From Escherichia phage ph0011: a DNA stretch of 64,000 bases. The position numbers and the translations under genes were made by a program. Position 1 is the first letter of the stretch. Each line of letters opens with the position of its first letter. The stretch is taken from sequence record OP557969.1, one strand, 5' to 3'. The notes below the pieces were generated by a model. It saw only the letters and a list, made by a program, of their open reading frames with translations. It searched no databases and was not told the origin of the DNA. Shown here piece after piece: positions 1 through 8,167 of this stretch.

Positions 1-18
1 TTTGACCAAACATTTACG

Positions 19-552
19 TTGTACCATGATTCTGGTAAAGTTGAGATTATTGAAAATCTATTACAGTACATTGCAGATCATGATGGTGTTGAACGTTTCC
101 ATAGTAAGATGAAATTCGATTTAGCTGAATTCAACAAAAAGAATCGTGAAACTTTTTGGAAGAACCGATTCTATTATGAAATGTTTCCAGAAAGGTTTGT
201 TGGTTATTATCTTTGTACTGAGAAAGGTTTATTAGTATCTCCAGATTTACTTATGGGTGAATACATGGTTCTCTATAATGAGTACTGGAAAAATAAACGT
301 AACGCTCGTGACATTGAGTGGAGACATAAGCGTTCGTACATGTACAAACACAACCACTCCCGATACAAACGTCCTAAGACTCAACAAGAGCGTCGTATGG
401 CGTGTGCAGTACTGAAGGACGAGGGGGAACCTGAAATACGTGGAAGACGTAAGATGCGTTCATTACCATCGTATTGGAACGATATCAGAACAAGACATAG
501 TACCGGATGGAAATACAGTACTAAGCGTAAAAAACAATACAAAGGGGGCTAA
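19..552 (+). CDS. hypothetical protein with strongly basic (K/R-rich) C-terminal tail; frame is open back to position 1, so the true N-terminus may lie upstream of the window
   Basis: ORF track; part of co-directional gene array; no recognisable catalytic motif. Confidence 0.4.
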   Translation: MYHDSGKVEIIENLLQYIADHDGVERFHSKMKFDLAEFNKKNRETFWKNRFYYEMFPERFVGYYLCTEKGLLVSPDLLMGEYMVLYNEYWKNKRNARDIEWRHKRSYMYKHNHSRYKRPKTQQERRMACAVLKDEGEPEIRGRRKMRSLPSYWNDIRTRHSTGWKYSTKRKKQYKGG

Positions 553-579
553 TGCTCCCTATTTTATAGGTTAAACGTT

Positions 580-909
580 ATGAGCAAAATTAATGTTGAT
601 GTAGATATTGGTTATATTGAAATTGAACCGTGTAGTATTGATACAATGATTGACACTCTTAGTAAGTACCGTGCAGAGTACAGGGGGCATATTAGTATTT
701 CACCAGACGGTGGTTACGGTGGATTCCATGGATACAATGTGATTTGGTCCAGAGAAGAAACAGACGAAGAATATAATACACGAATTGAAGCTGAATCTAA
801 AAGACGTGAAGAAATTGAACGTCAAGAAATGAAACACTTAATGAACAAGAAATCATTAAGTACCGAAGAGAAATCTAAACTGCTAAAATACATCAAGGAT
901 TACATGTAA
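580..909 (+). CDS. hypothetical protein
   Basis: ATG-initiated ORF, tight spacing to neighbours; stop overlaps next start (TAATG). Confidence 0.45.
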   Translation: MSKINVDVDIGYIEIEPCSIDTMIDTLSKYRAEYRGHISISPDGGYGGFHGYNVIWSREETDEEYNTRIEAESKRREEIERQEMKHLMNKKSLSTEEKSKLLKYIKDYM

Positions 910-1559
910 TGAAAAATGTAACACAAGAAAAGATTTTATACCTTGCAAAATATAATGGTGGTTTCAATATCATTAGCCGTGAGTACCATGGTAATTTGGC
1001 TAAGTTGATTGACAGTTTGTTAGAATTTGATTTCATTAAATGGGAAACTAATGAACTTTGGTACGAATATGCTGGACAGCAATGGGAAAGTGACTACGAA
1101 CATGCAATTCATACGTATACAATTACTAAAAGTGGTGAAGTATGTTTAGCTATCATGCGTTGTGCATATACTTACAAACATCACAAAGGTGAAGAAAAGC
1201 ATATTCGCAGAAACGAAGAATTACTTCACCTAATGGGTGAAGCTGGTATTACAATGCATGACTTGTTCAATGAACCAAGATGGACTAGAACTCTTACTAA
1301 AGCTGAATATAAATCATTACGATACATTGATGAACAAAGCAACACCCCAGATGAAATTGATGATGTTAGTGATGATGAACTAAGCCTAAAAAATGTATTT
1401 GAAAGTACCAGCACTGAAAGTATTACTGATATTTCAGTACAGATGGCACTAAAAGCAATGGAACTTTTCAAGACACAATATGAAGGACACAGTGCTGAAG
1501 AAGTAGAGCGTGAGTTCATTACACGTGTACAGATTGCATTGTTCCAATCGAAAAAGTAG
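909..1559 (+). CDS. hypothetical protein
   Basis: ATG overlapping upstream stop; 216 codons, no recognisable motif. Confidence 0.45.
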   Translation: MKNVTQEKILYLAKYNGGFNIISREYHGNLAKLIDSLLEFDFIKWETNELWYEYAGQQWESDYEHAIHTYTITKSGEVCLAIMRCAYTYKHHKGEEKHIRRNEELLHLMGEAGITMHDLFNEPRWTRTLTKAEYKSLRYIDEQSNTPDEIDDVSDDELSLKNVFESTSTESITDISVQMALKAMELFKTQYEGHSAEEVEREFITRVQIALFQSKK

Positions 1560-1667
1560 GATGATATGAAATTTTTACTTGTACTAATCGCAGTTCTTAT
1601 GGTATTATCTTGTTTAGTTAGTAATGGTAAACCATCAATTGAGAACTTATGAATAGGTGATTAAATT

Positions 1668-1901
1668 ATGAAATTTATTTCTATAGCAATTATTTCAGCA
1701 CTCATGATGTTAGTAACAGGATGTGCACCTAAAGTTGATGAGATGGATGCTGAAATCATCCGTCAAGGTTTAACAAAACTAAATCACCAAGGAACACTAT
1801 ACGCATGTCATACTATGCGTCATGGGCAAGATCTTAATCTCATGTGCAGGAAGATTGTGAACCGCAAACGTCTTAATACTGTTCCGAAGGATGCACAATG
1901 A
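1668..1901 (+). CDS. putative small lipoprotein
   Basis: N-terminal hydrophobic signal ending in lipobox-like LVTGC (MKFISIAIISALMMLVTGC). Confidence 0.5.
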   Translation: MKFISIAIISALMMLVTGCAPKVDEMDAEIIRQGLTKLNHQGTLYACHTMRHGQDLNLMCRKIVNRKRLNTVPKDAQ

Positions 1902-2068
1902 AAGAAATAATTGGCTACAAATGTAAAAATTGTGGCAAAGATCAGGGTAAGCATTCAGTACAAGGAATGGCTTGTCCAAATCCAGGGCGTGGTAATTTCA
2001 GAGGATTCAGTACTGAAAAGTCTTATGAACCTGATTATTCAAAACCAGTGATGGGCTATAAGTTATGA
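1898..2068 (+). CDS. small Cys-rich zinc-ribbon-like protein (56 aa), not in ORF track
   Basis: ATG overlaps upstream stop (ATGA) and its stop overlaps next start (ATGA); contains CKNCGK ... MACPNPGRG Cys pairs. Confidence 0.45.
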   Translation: MKEIIGYKCKNCGKDQGKHSVQGMACPNPGRGNFRGFSTEKSYEPDYSKPVMGYKL

Positions 2069-2427
2069 GTGATTATGTAGCATTTCTTCATCGATATGGT
2101 GAAGCTAAAGAAAAACATATTATTCGTATGCCAGTATATGGTGAAAAAGACTGGTACAAAAGCACTATCAGTGTAGGTGCATTTCGTAACCGTGAATCTG
2201 AATTCTTTCTTGGTAAGCAACATGAACGACCTGTTCTTTGTTCACTGTGGCGTTTAGATGAATGGGATAGTGAAAATTCCAGAACGGCTGAATCAATGAT
2301 GGTAGTTGTTGGTATTGCGAACTATCAGCACCCATATGACATGTTGCCTACATTTGAACATGCTTCTTTGTTTGACTTTTACAAAGCAGTAGGGTATGAT
2401 TATAAAAAGAAGCGTTACATTAAATAA
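2065..2427 (+). CDS. hypothetical protein
   Basis: ORF track; ATGA overlap with upstream small ORF. Confidence 0.45.
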   Translation: MSDYVAFLHRYGEAKEKHIIRMPVYGEKDWYKSTISVGAFRNRESEFFLGKQHERPVLCSLWRLDEWDSENSRTAESMMVVVGIANYQHPYDMLPTFEHASLFDFYKAVGYDYKKKRYIK

Positions 2428-2453
2428 CAGCACCTTTTAAATTGGAGAAAATC

Positions 2454-3068
2454 ATGACTACATCTGAAAAGTACTGGTGGATTATGGGCCATCCTAAATT
2501 CATCAACGGAGATATGGTTCCCCCAAGGATTGATATCGAACCACATGATGTGTGTCCAATCACAAACCGCATTGAATCATTTAAAGCTCTGAATACAAAG
2601 ACACAATTTTGGGTAGAATTCATCTCACCTATGTACGTTGAGCAAGATGATGAATGGGTACAAGCACATGATTATGAGTTAGATTGCGGTGGTGATACTT
2701 ATGATGAGGCAATTGATGCACTATACAAAAATGTACTAAACACTTATGGTGATTACACCCAACAAGAAGCAGACGATACGTTTAATAAGATCCATGCAGC
2801 CATTTCTACATCATCAATTTACAATTCTGCAAAAACAGTTTGGGAAGAACGTCACGGGTGGAGTTCATCTGTAATTGATGCAGAAGCCAAAGAAACAATT
2901 CTCGAAGACATAAAAAATATAAAAAGTACAATAGAAGCCTTGCGTGAATTTATAAAGTCTTGTACAATAGAACAACAGAAAGAGGCAAAGATGCATTTGG
3001 AGAGTGAAGAATGTAAACTTTGGGTTCTAGAGAAATCTATTGAAAAGGGTATAGACTTAGACTTATGA
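2454..3068 (+). CDS. hypothetical protein (start moved to first ATG after GGAG)
   Basis: ORF track frame; ttggagaaaatcATG gives GGAG-7nt-ATG. Confidence 0.45.
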   Translation: MTTSEKYWWIMGHPKFINGDMVPPRIDIEPHDVCPITNRIESFKALNTKTQFWVEFISPMYVEQDDEWVQAHDYELDCGGDTYDEAIDALYKNVLNTYGDYTQQEADDTFNKIHAAISTSSIYNSAKTVWEERHGWSSSVIDAEAKETILEDIKNIKSTIEALREFIKSCTIEQQKEAKMHLESEECKLWVLEKSIEKGIDLDL

Positions 3069-3433
3069 ATCGTAAACTTGAGAAACTAATTGAAGAACTA
3101 CGCCGGATGCCACCCATCGAGCAAGTGGGGAGTTACAAACGTTATCGTGTGATTGCTCGTGCACTAGATAAGAAAGGTCGTGTATTGGCAACACGTACTA
3201 ATTCTTACACACATACTCACCCAGTACAGAAAGGTTTTGCAATCCGTGCTGGAAGACCACAAGGTGAGTTTCTTCATGCTGAAATTTCATGTTTATTAGC
3301 TTCACGTGCTGAAGTTCATACTTTGTTGATTGCACGGATAAGTAAAGATGGTATTCCAGTTCCAGCCAAGCCTTGTGAGATTTGTACGTTGGCAATTATG
3401 GAATATGGGGTCAAAGAAATTATTCACACATGA
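3065..3433 (+). CDS. cytidine/deoxycytidylate deaminase-like zinc-binding protein
   Basis: HAE ... PCEIC motif pair (H-x-E and PCxxC zinc ligands of the CDA fold) about 33 residues apart. Confidence 0.45.
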   Translation: MNRKLEKLIEELRRMPPIEQVGSYKRYRVIARALDKKGRVLATRTNSYTHTHPVQKGFAIRAGRPQGEFLHAEISCLLASRAEVHTLLIARISKDGIPVPAKPCEICTLAIMEYGVKEIIHT

Positions 3434-3654
3434 AAAAAATTGAACGCTACAAAAACCATACAGTTGTGACTGAAGATGATATATTTTATTATTATATTTT
3501 CAGACCCACACACTGTTTACAAATAACGACATTTGAGAATGATAATTTCAAAGATGTCAACTTCCATATAACAGATTTAGCTAAATATTCCAGAACTGAA
3601 CACTTTAGTAATCTAGTATTTGTGTACTGTATTCCAAACTCAAATAATAAGTAG
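3430..3654 (+). CDS. hypothetical protein (start moved to ATG overlapping upstream stop)
   Basis: ATGA overlap at 3430-3433; in frame with ORF-track ORF 3382..3654. Confidence 0.4.
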   Translation: MKKIERYKNHTVVTEDDIFYYYIFRPTHCLQITTFENDNFKDVNFHITDLAKYSRTEHFSNLVFVYCIPNSNNK

Positions 3655-3663
3655 GAGATCAAA

Positions 3664-4023
3664 ATGGCTAAAACAATTTCTTTAAAAAATGAAAAGGTAG
3701 GACAACGAAAAGATGGTTTCTATGGTTTTTCTTGGACTACATTATTTTTTGGACCTTTCCCTGCATTGTTTCGTGGTGACTTTATTACGTTCATCGGTGC
3801 ATTTGTAATTTACTTCATCCTCAACGCAGTGTCTTTTTGGATTGTGGGTACAATTGCAATGGTCGTGTGGGCGTTTATTTACAATAAGTACTACACGGTG
3901 AATCTCATCAAGAATGGGTATAAATTCAATGGTACACATGAAGAAAATGCTGAAGCTGCAATGGCTTTGCAAATTGATTTGAATAAAAACAACACAGTTG
4001 ATAAAAATAAAGATCCTGAGTAA
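3664..4023 (+). CDS. predicted integral membrane protein
   Basis: two long hydrophobic stretches (FFGPFPALF..., FVIYFILNAVSFWIVGTIAMVVWAFIY); SD-like AGGAGA upstream. Confidence 0.5.
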   Translation: MAKTISLKNEKVGQRKDGFYGFSWTTLFFGPFPALFRGDFITFIGAFVIYFILNAVSFWIVGTIAMVVWAFIYNKYYTVNLIKNGYKFNGTHEENAEAAMALQIDLNKNNTVDKNKDPE

Positions 4024-4242
4024 ATGGAAAAATATGATATAATTTACGATTATTACGGTAAGGCTTATATGAAGTGTGGACGTTATGTTGAACTCTCTAA
4101 TAGAGAATCAATAGATCCCCACACTCTTATAACAATTCATAACTCGTACTATAAAAAAGTTACAATAGCTAATTTCGCTACCTACGTAAATAATCCGTTA
4201 TTTCCTTACATTATTCAGTACTACTGTCGAGTTATAAAATAA
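4024..4242 (+). CDS. hypothetical protein
   Basis: ORF track; immediately follows upstream stop. Confidence 0.4.
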   Translation: MEKYDIIYDYYGKAYMKCGRYVELSNRESIDPHTLITIHNSYYKKVTIANFATYVNNPLFPYIIQYYCRVIK

Positions 4243-4253
4243 GGTAAAAAGAC

Positions 4254-4664
4254 ATGTTAGCCGATGATTTTATGTCTCTAAGTACCAAAATATTTGATAT
4301 ATTAGGGGATGAAATAGATTTTCATCTAAATGATACAACTATACCATTCGAAGATGGTGGTTATTTTTTCGCAATTGGTTATAAGTACAATGTTGATTTT
4401 TCAATTCCGGTTCCTGATGGAAGTGATTATGCAGAATCAACATATTTTGAATTTCAGTTCAGTGGGCATACTGAGCGTTTACTAACATATAGACGTAAAG
4501 GAAATTTCAGTAGGCCAGAGATCATATTAATGGATTTTGAAAAACGCATAGAACTTGCAAAGAATAATCCATTTATTAGTACTTACGCGTTAAACCAACT
4601 TATTGAACTATTTGATGGCTATCCAGACAGAATACGAGGGTCGTTACGTATAAATGCAGAATGA
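4254..4664 (+). CDS. hypothetical protein
   Basis: ORF track; ATG start. Confidence 0.45.
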   Translation: MLADDFMSLSTKIFDILGDEIDFHLNDTTIPFEDGGYFFAIGYKYNVDFSIPVPDGSDYAESTYFEFQFSGHTERLLTYRRKGNFSRPEIILMDFEKRIELAKNNPFISTYALNQLIELFDGYPDRIRGSLRINAE

Positions 4665-4839
4665 AATCTTTAAAAAAGAATACGATGGTGAAAGCCTTTA
4701 TGATATTCAGAGAGATGTTCATGAAGCCTTTGATTCAAAATTTAACCCATTAGCTGAACAAATCCCACAAGATGAATTTGGTTTTCAGGAAGGCACTTTC
4801 ACAGTGACTATTACATGGAGTCCAGATGAGACTAGCTAA
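4654..4839 (+). CDS. hypothetical protein
   Basis: ORF track; start overlaps upstream gene end. Confidence 0.35.
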   Translation: MQNEIFKKEYDGESLYDIQRDVHEAFDSKFNPLAEQIPQDEFGFQEGTFTVTITWSPDETS

Positions 4840-4944
4840 ACTTGTCATAGGGTGTAGTGCAATTGCTGCATATATGATTTTTTCACCTCCAACCAATGTA
4901 TTACTGCTAATTTGGGCGGTTGTTATATTAGCAGTACTTTAAAG

Positions 4945-4975
4945 CACCCCATAGTGGGTGTTTTTCTTTTTTTGT
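4945..4975 (+). terminator. putative intrinsic terminator
   Basis: short GC stem (gcaccc/gggtg) followed by long T-run tttttcttttttt. Confidence 0.45.
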
Positions 4976-5106
4976 ACAAATAAAAAGCAATGTCTCAATT
5001 CCTTGATATAGGTCAAGAGAAATAACCAGCTATTACGCTATAATGCTTTCTGTTGTTGTTAAATAACTTCACCCCCAGATGATTTCAAAAATACAAGGAG
5101 TGTACT

Positions 5107-6912
5107 GTGCAATTGAATAAATTATACACGGACGTAACGAATTTTCTAAACCAGAGTAATACTGATCTTACAAATGAAAACGCAAATAAAGATGCCAAAT
5201 GTGTAAATACACACAGAGATTTACTTGCTGGTATCTTATCTAAACATTATTCACAAGATGTTATTCCAAAGGATCTAATGCAGTGGCACAATGATGGATA
5301 TGGTCACATTCATGATTTGGACTACTATATTAGTCCATTAACAAACTGTTGTTTGGTTAATTATCCAGATATGCTTAAACATGGGTTTACTATCGGGTGT
5401 GCTAAAATCGAAGAACCAAAGAGTTTTAGTGTAGCATGTACGGTGCTAACACAGATTGTACAAGCTGTTGCAAGTTCCCAATATGGTGGTCAATCGTTGG
5501 CTCACATTGATGTCGGATTGGAACCTTATGTACAAAAGTCTTGGGAAAAGTTATTAGAAAAACAAAAGAAATATAATCTAAGCGATGATTTTATTGAAGA
5601 AGAATTACGAAAAGAAGTATATGATGGGTGTCAAACATTACTATATCAGACCAATTCAATGATTAGCACTAATGGACAAGCTGCATTCATTTCTCTTAGT
5701 TTAGGACTTAATACTTCCAAATTTGGAAAATTAATCACTGAACAGTACTTGAAAGTTCACGAGAATGGTTTAGGTAAAGATAAGATTACACCAGTGTTTC
5801 CTAAAGTTATTTTCTTTCTACAAGATGGTATTAACATGAATGTCAATGATAGTAATTATGATCTTAAACAGTTAGCTATGCGTTGTGCATCAAAAAGAAT
5901 CTATCCAGATTTTGTTTCAGTACCATTAAATCATAAAGTGACGGGAAGTAGTAGCACTGCGGTAACACCGATGGGCTGTCGTTCATTCTTAGGAAAATGG
6001 GAAGATTCAAATGGAAATGAACAATACAACGGTCGCTTCAATTTAGGTGTAGTTTCTATCAATTTACCACTAATTGCTCTTGAAAGTGCCTCAGATGGAG
6101 AGTTTTTTGATAAAATAGACGAGCATATGAATATTGCATATCGTGCTCAGATGAACCGCGTAGAGCGTTTAAAAGGTACAAAAGCGAAACAGAATCCAAT
6201 TTTGTTTATGGAAGGTGCATTAACACGTTTAAGTGCAGAAGAAACTATTGACAAGCTATTTTACAATGGTTATGCTAGTATTAGTATTGGTTATGTTGGA
6301 CTTGTTGAATGTTCGGAAATCCTCACTGGTTCTATCAGTAAGGAGTTTTGTATGTCAGTACTGAATTATATGAAAGTAAAATGCGATGAGTTCAAAAAAG
6401 AAAGTAATATTGCTTTTAGTCTATATGGAACTCCAGCAGAGTCGCTTTGTTATAAATTTGCACGTTGCATTGAAGCAAAATATCCTTCAGTTCTCAAACG
6501 AGATTTCATTACAAATTCATTCCATCAACCAGTATGGGTTGAAAGTTCCGCTTTTGAAAAGTGGGATTATGAGGAAAACTTTGCGTATCTAAGCAATGGT
6601 GGGAATATTAGCTATGTTGAAACACCAAACCTGGCTAATAATATACAAGCACTTGAAACATTGATCAATTATGCATATGATAAAATTCCATATTTTGGAA
6701 TTAATCAGAAAGTAGATAAGTGTTTTGAATGTAATTTTGAGGGAGAATTTAGTGTAGATAAAAATGGTTTTCATTGCCCTGTATGTAATAACAGAAATGA
6801 GCGAACAATGTCTGTTATACGTAGGGTATCTGGATATCTTAGTGCACCAAATAGTCGCCCGTTTAATAAAGGTAAACAAGCTGAAGTAATTCAGCGTATA
6901 CAGCATATGTAA
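5107..6912 (+). CDS. nrdD: anaerobic ribonucleoside-triphosphate reductase (class III RNR), GTG start
   Basis: N-terminus and C-terminal Cys-pair zinc ribbon plus glycyl-radical motif [12 protein letters not shown] match NrdD family as recalled from T4 NrdD; AAGGAG 7 nt upstream of GTG. Confidence 0.93.
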   Translation: MQLNKLYTDVTNFLNQSNTDLTNENANKDAKCVNTHRDLLAGILSKHYSQDVIPKDLMQWHNDGYGHIHDLDYYISPLTNCCLVNYPDMLKHGFTIGCAKIEEPKSFSVACTVLTQIVQAVASSQYGGQSLAHIDVGLEPYVQKSWEKLLEKQKKYNLSDDFIEEELRKEVYDGCQTLLYQTNSMISTNGQAAFISLSLGLNTSKFGKLITEQYLKVHENGLGKDKITPVFPKVIFFLQDGINMNVNDSNYDLKQLAMRCASKRIYPDFVSVPLNHKVTGSSSTAVTPMGCRSFLGKWEDSNGNEQYNGRFNLGVVSINLPLIALESASDGEFFDKIDEHMNIAYRAQMNRVERLKGTKAKQNPILFMEGALTRLSAEETIDKLFYNGYASISIGYVGLVECSEILTGSISKEFCMSVLNYMKVKCDEFKKESNIAFSLYGTPAESLCYKFARCIEAKYPSVLKRDFITNSFHQPVWVESSAFEKWDYEENFAYLSNGGNISYVETPNLANNIQALETLINYAYDKIPYFGINQKVDKCFECNFEGEFSVDKNGFHCPVCNNRNERTMSVIRRVSGYLSAPNSRPFNKGKQAEVIQRIQHM

Positions 6913-6923
6913 GGAGATATATT

Positions 6924-7286
6924 ATGTCAATTCAAGGTAAACAAGTAATGTCAGGTGAGCACATCGGAACCATCATGCTGGTGGATAATGATATTGCACG
7001 TATTATTGTATCTAAAACATTTTCAGAAAATGATGAAGTACTTTTGAGTACTTTTGACGGCGAAGAACTTCGTGACGTTCAGGTTAAACATGAACCTGGT
7101 ATTGAAGGTGGTCAGCATTTGAATGTAAATGTTCTATCTAAAGAACAACTCATTGATGCACAAAATAACCCTGAAAAGTATCCACAGCTTACTATTCGTG
7201 TTAGTGGTTATGCAGTACGTTTCAATTCACTAACAAAAGAACAACAAGATGATGTAATTTCTCGTACATTCACAAAAGAACTATGA
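6924..7286 (+). CDS. grcA: autonomous glycyl radical cofactor (GrcA/YfiD-like spare-part protein)
   Basis: C-terminal [10 protein letters not shown] ... [35 protein letters not shown] is near-identical in pattern to E. coli GrcA/PflB C-terminus; AAGGAGA SD. Confidence 0.85.
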   Translation: MSIQGKQVMSGEHIGTIMLVDNDIARIIVSKTFSENDEVLLSTFDGEELRDVQVKHEPGIEGGQHLNVNVLSKEQLIDAQNNPEKYPQLTIRVSGYAVRFNSLTKEQQDDVISRTFTKEL

Positions 7287-7612
7287 TGGATTTAAAACCA
7301 ATTGTAGTGAACAAATACAAAGAACCGTATGATGTGTACATTGGTCGTGGGTCTAAATGGGGTAACCCATTTACCCATATCAATGATAAACAGACAAAAG
7401 CCGAATTCATTGTTGCTACAAGGGAAGAATCAATTGAAAAATTCCGAGAATACATTATTGACCGTATTTCTAATGGCGAAATTAAAATTGATGATTTACT
7501 TGAATTAGCAGGTAAACGTCTTGGATGTTTCTGCAAACCAAAATCATGTCACGGCGATGTTCTTGTTGAAATAGTGAGTGCAATATTAGATGAATTACCA
7601 GACGATAATTAA
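7283..7612 (+). CDS. DUF4326-like protein
   Basis: [12 protein letters not shown] ... [13 protein letters not shown] motif set; ATGA overlap with grcA. Confidence 0.6.
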   Translation: MMDLKPIVVNKYKEPYDVYIGRGSKWGNPFTHINDKQTKAEFIVATREESIEKFREYIIDRISNGEIKIDDLLELAGKRLGCFCKPKSCHGDVLVEIVSAILDELPDDN

Positions 7613-8069
7613 AGATGACCTTATTAATGGTGAGGGGGTGAGGTGCTCCCTTTTTGTTAGTGGGTGTAGCCATTGTTGTGCCAAATGCTTCAACGAAAAG
7701 GCATGGGATTATAGAAGTGGCCAAGAGTTCAGTACTGAAACAATTGATATAATTTTAGCTGAACTCAGTAAACCGTACATTAGTGGGTTATCACTACTTG
7801 GTGGAGATCCACTAATGAAAAAGAACATCGAAACAATTTTAGAACTATGTAAAATTGTAAAAGATACTTATCCAAATAAAACTATTTGGTGCTGGAGTGG
7901 GTATACTTTAGAAGAGATTATGGATAATCATGCATCTCCAATACTGGAGTACATAGATGTATTGGTTGATGGTAAATTCATAGAAGCAGAAAAGAATTTA
8001 GAATTACCATTTAGAGGCTCTAATAATCAACGTATTCTTCGCAAAGGCGTAGATTATGCATTATCTTGA
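7590..8069 (+). CDS. nrdG: anaerobic ribonucleotide reductase activating protein (radical SAM)
   Basis: N-terminal Cys cluster GCSHCCAKCFN typical of NrdG-type activases; position adjacent to nrdD. Confidence 0.85.
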   Translation: MNYQTIIKDDLINGEGVRCSLFVSGCSHCCAKCFNEKAWDYRSGQEFSTETIDIILAELSKPYISGLSLLGGDPLMKKNIETILELCKIVKDTYPNKTIWCWSGYTLEEIMDNHASPILEYIDVLVDGKFIEAEKNLELPFRGSNNQRILRKGVDYALS

Positions 8070-8096
8070 TATTACAGAAATGTGGAAATATATGAA

Positions 8097-8121
8097 GAAG
8101 CACCCTTTGGGTGCTTTTTTT
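8097..8121 (+). terminator. intrinsic terminator
   Basis: gcaccc-ttt-gggtgc hairpin followed by 7 T. Confidence 0.7.
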
Positions 8122-8128
8122 ATAATAT

Positions 8129-8136
8129 TATAAATA
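8129..8136 (+). promoter_or_regulatory. T4-type late promoter motif TATAAATA
   Basis: exact TATAAATA about 30 nt upstream of the 8168 start. Confidence 0.55.
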
Positions 8137-8167
8137 CACTATGAATATCTAGATAGAAGGGATATAT

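Noticed and set aside
1226-1519. - strand ORFs nested in + strand genes (for example 1226..1519, 6589..6906, 9119..9316, 40136..40426, 51806..52228)
   Set aside because: Nested antisense to well-supported genes (including nrdD, sheath and the VWA protein), serine- or low-complexity-rich, with no translation signals.
4873-4938. 21-codon hydrophobic ORF (MIFSPPTNVLLLIWAVVILAVL) just before the nrdD terminator/promoter region
   Set aside because: No SD, very short, could be chance in T-rich sequence; not called without expression evidence.
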